Shown: positions 17,629-23,174 of the stretch, piece by piece | Layout of the letters: each line of letters begins with the position of its first letter | How positions within the stretch are numbered: the first letter of the stretch is position 1 | Assembly (NCBI GenBank): GCA_029856435.1 | Contig: JAHQXB010000032.1 | Location: forward strand, 1 to 23,174 | Reading direction: 5' to 3' | Length of the DNA: 23,174 nt | Source of the DNA: Candidatus Jordarchaeia archaeon | Lineage (GTDB): Archaea; Asgardarchaeota; Jordiarchaeia; Jordiarchaeales; Jordiarchaeaceae | Made by a program: the position numbers and the translations under genes | Notes under the pieces: model-generated | Databases searched by the model: none | The model's input: only the letters and a program-made list of their open reading frames with translations | What the model was told of the DNA's origin: nothing

Positions 17629-18331
17629 GTATCTGCCTCCAGTAAAGGCTATATTAATGTAGATACACCGCAAAAATAAATAGTTTACCTACCCCTTCTA
17701 ACCCAGCGTTAACTTTCGTAACCTTAGGCCTTTCCCAAGTTTTTGGGTTCGCCCAAAAAAAGGGTGAAGCAGGCACACCCCTCTTAGTTTGGTGTGTAGA
17801 TGCAAAACATCTGCCATAGCGGAGAGATTCATGTCCTGATGGGCAGGTGCCCTATGGACACTGTTAACTGAGTGGCACCTATCATACGCTATACGTTTTT
17901 CGGCTCAAACACCCTTCTGCTGGGCGTATTTGGGCGTTTTTCACCCTTGGAACAACTGCGAGCATGCTCCCATAGGGGGCTTAGAACACTCTCCGAACGT
18001 GTACACAAATAGGTAACACCTAAGTTTATTGTGTCGCCCTATGAAGCGGAAACCGAACACCACTGGGGAAATGCCCCAGATGGATAAGTTTCGGACAACG
18101 GCCTCCCTCTAGCTTGCATTCACAATACCCTAATTGACTCCATTTTATATACGAGAGTGTTAAAAAAGGTGAAACCTAACTTCTCCAGTCTATAGATAAA
18201 AGATTCTCTCACAAATGGAGTGTTTGCCTAACATATCGGGGATAAAAGTGCCGAAATACATTCTGTTACTTTGGGAAAAGTTTCCTAAAATTATTTATAT
18301 CTGAACTAGAAACTGATTTTGGAGATGATAT

Positions 18332-19792
18332 ATGAACAGGCAAGAAGTTGGTTTTAACGCCCTATTCCGACCAAAGAATGTTGCTGTTGTTGGTGCATCT
18401 AATACTTTTGGGAAGATTGGTGGTGCTACCTTGGCCGCTATTCTTTCTGGTGAGTTTAGAGGTGAGATTTATCCTGTGAATCCTTATGAGAGCGTGGTTT
18501 TGGGATTGAAGACTTATCCCAATATTACTTCGATTTCAGGAGACATCGATTTAGTTGTGTTAACGGTTCCTGCCAATACTGCTGTTGAAGTTTTAAGGGA
18601 GTGTGAGAAGAAGGGGGTCAAGGCCTGCATCATAATAACTGCTGGTTTTAAAGAGGTGGGTGGGGAGGGGGAAAAGTTGCAGAATGAGATTTCTGAGATA
18701 GGCAAGAGGAGTGGAATGAAAATAGTGGGTCCCAACTGTATGGGAGTTTATAGCGCTTCTGGAAATCTCACCGCGATAATGAGTCCCATAAATCCTAATA
18801 GGGGAAACATTGCCATGGTTTCGCAGTCTGGGACTTTGGGCATGGTGCTTATGGATTCCATCTCCAAGAATGGAGCGGGGTTCACAAAATTTGTGAGTAG
18901 CGGAAATGAGGCGGTATTGAAGTTAGAAGATTATTTGGAGTATTATAGCAGTGATCCCGAGGCAGGAGTGGTTGTGGCTTTTATTGAGGGGGTTCGAGAT
19001 GGAAGAAGATTTATTGATGTGGCGAGAAGGTTAACTAGCAAGAAACCTTTTATAGCTATTAAGGCTGGTAAAACGAAGGCTGGTTCCGAGGCCGCCCGTT
19101 CCCACACTAGTTCGATTGCCGGTTCAATCCAAGTTTTTCGCGCTGTAGCAAAACAGACCGGGATTGTTTTGGCAGAAAATAGCGATGAGCTTGTGGATTA
19201 TGCTACTGCCTTTGCTAAGTGCCCCTTACCTAAGGGGAGAAGAGTGGGAATTTTGAGTGGAGCGGGAGGGTGGGCGGTTCTGACCGCTGATGCTTGTGAA
19301 GAATATGGTTTAGAAGTGCCTCCATTGCCAGCAGGCGTGGTAGAAAAAATTAGTGAGCGGGCTCCCAGTTATTGGAGTCATAGAAATCCTATCGATCTCG
19401 TTTCCAGCTTGGACATAGACCTCTTCAAATTTTGCGGCGAGATTCTTTTCGAAGAGAACATAATTGACATTTTACTATACGCATATATCGCATATGATTT
19501 TTCAAGTTCATTTGACTCTCTTTCAAAGGTACCTATTTTTAGTGAGGAGGAGATTGAGACTTTTAAAAAAGGTTCAAGGTGGTTCATGAAAGCCCTAGCG
19601 GAGAGTGCATCAAGCATAAATGAGAAGTATGGAAAGCCTGTTTTATTTGTGACCAGGGATAGTGAAGTATACAACACTCTTAAGAATAGTAGAGTTCCAG
19701 TTTTTGGAAGCCCCATAAGGGCGGTAAAGTGCATTGCAAAGATGGTGGAGTACCGAGAATACCAAGAGAGAATCGGGGAAGCGGAAAAGTAA
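18332..19792 (+). CDS. Acyl-CoA synthetase (NDP-forming) alpha subunit, paralog 2
   Basis: AVVGAS, VGPNCMG, SQSGTLG, SSGNEA, SHTSSIAG and NPIDL. Confidence 0.9.
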   Translation: MNRQEVGFNALFRPKNVAVVGASNTFGKIGGATLAAILSGEFRGEIYPVNPYESVVLGLKTYPNITSISGDIDLVVLTVPANTAVEVLRECEKKGVKACIIITAGFKEVGGEGEKLQNEISEIGKRSGMKIVGPNCMGVYSASGNLTAIMSPINPNRGNIAMVSQSGTLGMVLMDSISKNGAGFTKFVSSGNEAVLKLEDYLEYYSSDPEAGVVVAFIEGVRDGRRFIDVARRLTSKKPFIAIKAGKTKAGSEAARSHTSSIAGSIQVFRAVAKQTGIVLAENSDELVDYATAFAKCPLPKGRRVGILSGAGGWAVLTADACEEYGLEVPPLPAGVVEKISERAPSYWSHRNPIDLVSSLDIDLFKFCGEILFEENIIDILLYAYIAYDFSSSFDSLSKVPIFSEEEIETFKKGSRWFMKALAESASSINEKYGKPVLFVTRDSEVYNTLKNSRVPVFGSPIRAVKCIAKMVEYREYQERIGEAEK

Positions 19793-19902
19793 ATAAATTG
19801 TTTTCAAGTAGTGTTCTCGCTAGTTTGCTCTTACAATAATATGATTAACATTTAATTTTGATAAAAAAAGGATATCAGCAAAATAAGTAGGCATGCTGAC
19901 TT

Positions 19903-21366
19903 GTGGTGTCATTTATGAACTGCAAATATGACCTAAAGCCGCTTTTTGAGCCCAGAACAGTTGCAGTCATTGGGGCAACGGATGTTCCACGCAAAATTGG
20001 AAATACTGTCATCTCAAATCTGATTTTTGGGGGATTCAAGGGTGAAGTTTTCCCCGTAAATCCGTATATGGAGAAAGTACACGGAATGGAAACCTACCCA
20101 AAAATAACCGATATTCCCAAAGAGGTAGACCTCGCGGTCATAGTCATCCCCGCAGAACATGTTCCTCAAGCATTCAGGGAGTGTGCCGAAAAGAAGGTAA
20201 AAGCATGTATAATAATAACCGCGGGATTTAGTGAAGTGAACGAAAAAGGCAGACAAATGCAGGAAGAAATAGCCAAATTAGCAGAAGAGAACAAGATCGC
20301 AACTGTGGGTCCAAACTGTATGGGGCACATTAATAATTCTCTGAGTCTGAATACCTTGATGGCAACCAGTTTCCCGCCCAAAGGAAATATTAGTATGGTG
20401 AGCCAAAGTGGCACTGTAGGTTTAGTGCTTATGGGGGAAATAGCTAGGAGGGGGGGAGGTATTTCCAAATTTGTGAGTAGTGGAAACGAAGCAGTTTTAA
20501 AACTGGAGGACTATCTGGAATATTTCACCTACGACCCGGACACAAAAGTTGTAGCAGCTTTTGTAGAGGGTGTACGTAATGGGGAAAGATTCTTGAAGAT
20601 TACAAGGGAGTTGACCAAGAGAAAACCATTTATAGTAATTAAGGCGGGTAGAACCAGCGCAGGTGCTAATGCTGCACGTTCCCATACCGCCTCTATTGCG
20701 GGGGCTACTCAAATATTTAATGCGGTGGCTAAACAGAATAACATCATCACTTGTGAGGGTACCGAAGACCTTATCGATTACACTATGGCTTTTTCGATGG
20801 GGATCTTACCTCGAGGTAAGAGAGTAGGTATCATTACACCTGGTGGAGGTTGGGGAGTTTTGGCTGCTGATGCTTGTGAAGAGTACGGACTTGAGGTAAC
20901 CAAATTGCCGCAGAACATTGTTGATAAGATAAGTGAGAGAGCCCCTCCCTACTGGAGCCATGGTAATCCCATAGATCTTGCAGCTACGCGAGATGTGGAT
21001 ACTCTGACTTGGAGTGGTGAAGTCCTGTTTGAGAATGATGTTGTGGATTCTTTGATTATTCAATTTTTTGCTGGAGACCTATCTGTCATGATTAAAAATT
21101 GGAGGGAGAGGGGTGGTATGAGCGAGGAGTATCTTAAGACAACAGAGCAAACTTATAGACAGATGATGCAAAAAATTGCCACGGACTCAGCTAAACTTGT
21201 GGAGAAATACAAAAGACCAGTTTTTGGAATTACGAGAGATATAGAGTTTACCCAGATGCTCTTAAGCCGAGGAATACCCGCATATGTGGATCCAAGGAAA
21301 GCCGCTAGGTGCATTTGTAAGATGTGGGAGTACAGTGAACACATATATAAAAATAAAAGTTTATGA
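19903..21366 (+). CDS. Acyl-CoA synthetase (NDP-forming) alpha subunit, paralog 3
   Basis: AVIGAT, VGPNCMG, SQSGTVG, SSGNEA, SHTASIAG and NPIDL. Start may be ATG 19915. Confidence 0.9.
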   Translation: MVSFMNCKYDLKPLFEPRTVAVIGATDVPRKIGNTVISNLIFGGFKGEVFPVNPYMEKVHGMETYPKITDIPKEVDLAVIVIPAEHVPQAFRECAEKKVKACIIITAGFSEVNEKGRQMQEEIAKLAEENKIATVGPNCMGHINNSLSLNTLMATSFPPKGNISMVSQSGTVGLVLMGEIARRGGGISKFVSSGNEAVLKLEDYLEYFTYDPDTKVVAAFVEGVRNGERFLKITRELTKRKPFIVIKAGRTSAGANAARSHTASIAGATQIFNAVAKQNNIITCEGTEDLIDYTMAFSMGILPRGKRVGIITPGGGWGVLAADACEEYGLEVTKLPQNIVDKISERAPPYWSHGNPIDLAATRDVDTLTWSGEVLFENDVVDSLIIQFFAGDLSVMIKNWRERGGMSEEYLKTTEQTYRQMMQKIATDSAKLVEKYKRPVFGITRDIEFTQMLLSRGIPAYVDPRKAARCICKMWEYSEHIYKNKSL

Positions 21367-21528
21367 CTCTGTCCGGAACAGATGCCTCGTGTAAAAATTC
21401 TATATTTTTAGCCTTCTCAAAATATTTTATAAATTAGTCCTGTTCTAATATTATTTAAAAGACACTAGCTTAAGCTAGTAAAATAGTCTACTAAGAAGAC
21501 CAACTGGGAAAGTGACATTCAATTTGTT

Positions 21529-22365
21529 GTGAGTAAAAGATTTGATGGAGGAAATCTAAGAATGGTAAGTTACACAGTTGATTACTGGTCTTCCAGTCTT
21601 CATGACGAAGAGGTTGGCATACGGCAGAGGGAAGTTCTCATGAGTCAGAGTCGCCAATTCACAAAGGATATGGACCTGTTTGGAGAACTCAAAAAGGACA
21701 AGGAAAAATTCGGCGTGATAGGTTACAGGAAGTCGATTTGGGATGAAAAGGAGCTTAGGAAAGGGGGACAAAGCATTTTTGATCAGAGACTCGTAGTCAA
21801 AGCGTTTTCGCAGTCGGAATCCGGAAATATTTCCTGGTGGGGCACCATTGAGGAACTAGTTGGCAAATCTATAGCAAAATCTTTTAGTACTGGTGAGCCT
21901 CTTCCGGTCTTTGCAGTTATCTTGGATGTGGATAAGCTGGTTCACACGGTGGAGAAGATCTATCGAGGCCCCCTCAGAACTGACACCTATGCTTTGAGCA
22001 TCTATAATGAGAACGCTGGAACTTTTGAAGCTTACAAGATTATTGGAGAACGCGTATCACTGGGTGCAGACTATAAGGTTTTCAGTGCAGAAAAGAATAA
22101 ACACGTCGTTACAATTAACAGCAAACTGCTAAATGTGGGTGGAAAATGCGACGTCGAAATAAAGGACCCAAACATATCAGGCAACGACGAATTCATCAGA
22201 ACTCTTATACTATTTGTATCCACTCTCAAGTTCCAGGGCGAAGTTGAAAACCATATTTCAAAAACTTTAAGCGAGATGGAAAAGGGAAAGCTGAAAATTA
22301 AACCAGATGTTGAGGAACTTGGGTTAATGCGCAACCCCCGATACCTAAAATCCACAATAACTTAA
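21529..22365 (+). CDS. Hypothetical protein, possible Tubby C-terminal/LURP-one (scramblase-like) fold
   Basis: Long ORF; RVSLGADYKV....INSKLLNVGGKCDVEI followed by hydrophobic helix LILFVS. Start is uncertain (GTG 21529 or ATG 21562). Confidence 0.5.
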   Translation: MSKRFDGGNLRMVSYTVDYWSSSLHDEEVGIRQREVLMSQSRQFTKDMDLFGELKKDKEKFGVIGYRKSIWDEKELRKGGQSIFDQRLVVKAFSQSESGNISWWGTIEELVGKSIAKSFSTGEPLPVFAVILDVDKLVHTVEKIYRGPLRTDTYALSIYNENAGTFEAYKIIGERVSLGADYKVFSAEKNKHVVTINSKLLNVGGKCDVEIKDPNISGNDEFIRTLILFVSTLKFQGEVENHISKTLSEMEKGKLKIKPDVEELGLMRNPRYLKSTIT

Positions 22366-22453
22366 AACTAATAAATTCTTCTTTTTTTCTTAGAAATGTA
22401 TATTAAATTGAACCACGCATTAAATATGTGTATCCTTTACTGAGGAGATTGAG

Positions 22454-22726
22454 ATGTTTGTACTTTTGCTAGAAATAGATGTTATTCCAGGAACTGAGGA
22501 CGCTGTTTTCGAAAAAATTCACGCAGCTCCGGAGGTAAAAGAGTCTCATCTAGTTACAGGAACTCATGATATCATCGCAATCATAGCAGCTGATAGTTTA
22601 AAGAGAATTTTCGAGGTTGTCATGAATATAAGAAAGCTAAGGGAGATAGTGAGGACGAAAACTTTGCCGGTAGTTAAGGTTTGGAAATCCGCTCTGATAA
22701 ATGTTGAGAGTAGTGAGGAGAGATGA
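22454..22726 (+). CDS. Stand-alone Lrp/AsnC ligand-binding (RAM) domain protein
   Basis: EVKESHLVTGTHDIIAII...IRKLREIVRTKT; no HTH; GAGGAG RBS. Confidence 0.85.
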   Translation: MFVLLLEIDVIPGTEDAVFEKIHAAPEVKESHLVTGTHDIIAIIAADSLKRIFEVVMNIRKLREIVRTKTLPVVKVWKSALINVESSEER

Positions 22727-22974
22727 TGGCGTTTATGATTTTTGACATAAGGCCGGGAGCCGAAATAGAAGTCCTAAAAGCATTAGAGAGTGATGACGCG
22801 GTAAGAGACATCTACGTGATTGCTGGAGAACATGACTTGGTAACAATTGTAAGCCTTCCAGAATACAACGCAATATATGAATGGCTAGTGAAGGCACGTC
22901 AGCTGCCAAACGTAGAACACATAAAATGTTATTTATGCATGGACAGTATCACCGGCAAAAAGGTTCACAAATAA
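22723..22974 (+). CDS. Stand-alone Lrp/AsnC ligand-binding (RAM) domain protein
   Basis: VRDIYVIAGEHDLVTIV...LPNVEHIK; ATGA overlap with the previous gene. Confidence 0.85.
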   Translation: MMAFMIFDIRPGAEIEVLKALESDDAVRDIYVIAGEHDLVTIVSLPEYNAIYEWLVKARQLPNVEHIKCYLCMDSITGKKVHK

Positions 22975-23044
22975 AAAAGCCTTCTTTTTATTTTGCAAGA
23001 ACAAAATTTTTTCTAAGGTTCTTCAGATTATTTAGATTCTATAG

Positions 23045-23174
23045 TTAGAAACCCACATTCCGCACCCTTCGTGAATTTTTTGGTATTTTTTCTTTTTCCC
23101 AATTTCTGCTCATTTCTTCTGCAGGGATTTGGGGGTTTCCGAAGAATTGTTCGGTAAAGGCGGGCATCCTCCAT
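23045..23174 (-). CDS. Possible C-terminal end of a gene entering from beyond the window
   Basis: Open frame WRMPAFTEQFFGNPQIPAEEM...VGF* converging on the Lrp pair; not identifiable. Confidence 0.3.
   Translation of the reverse strand, partial: WRMPAFTEQFFGNPQIPAEEMSRNWEKEKIPKNSRRVRNVGF

Overview
Archaeal chromosomal window (TACK/Asgard-like, inferred from gins23-mcm, a TFE-beta/RPC34 homolog, a Roadblock protein and fwdDA). It holds mostly housekeeping and metabolic genes: fwdD/fwdA, queE, queD, three ADP-forming acyl-CoA synthetase alpha paralogs, a coiled-coil protein, rlmE, glycerate kinase, an ECF S component, gins23-mcm, trpB2 with a divergent ACT regulator, and two stand-alone Lrp/AsnC domains. 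The main observation is that queE, which looks broken in the ORF track, is restored to a complete 269-aa radical-SAM protein by removing three micro-insertions (2426-2451, 2501-2530, 2599-2625). Each folds into a bulge-helix-bulge (BHB)-type motif whose predicted cut sites coincide with the junctions required by QueE protein motifs. This points to a multi-intron protein-coding mRNA spliced by the archaeal tRNA splicing endonuclease. All product calls come from manual motif recognition; no database searches or folding programs were run.
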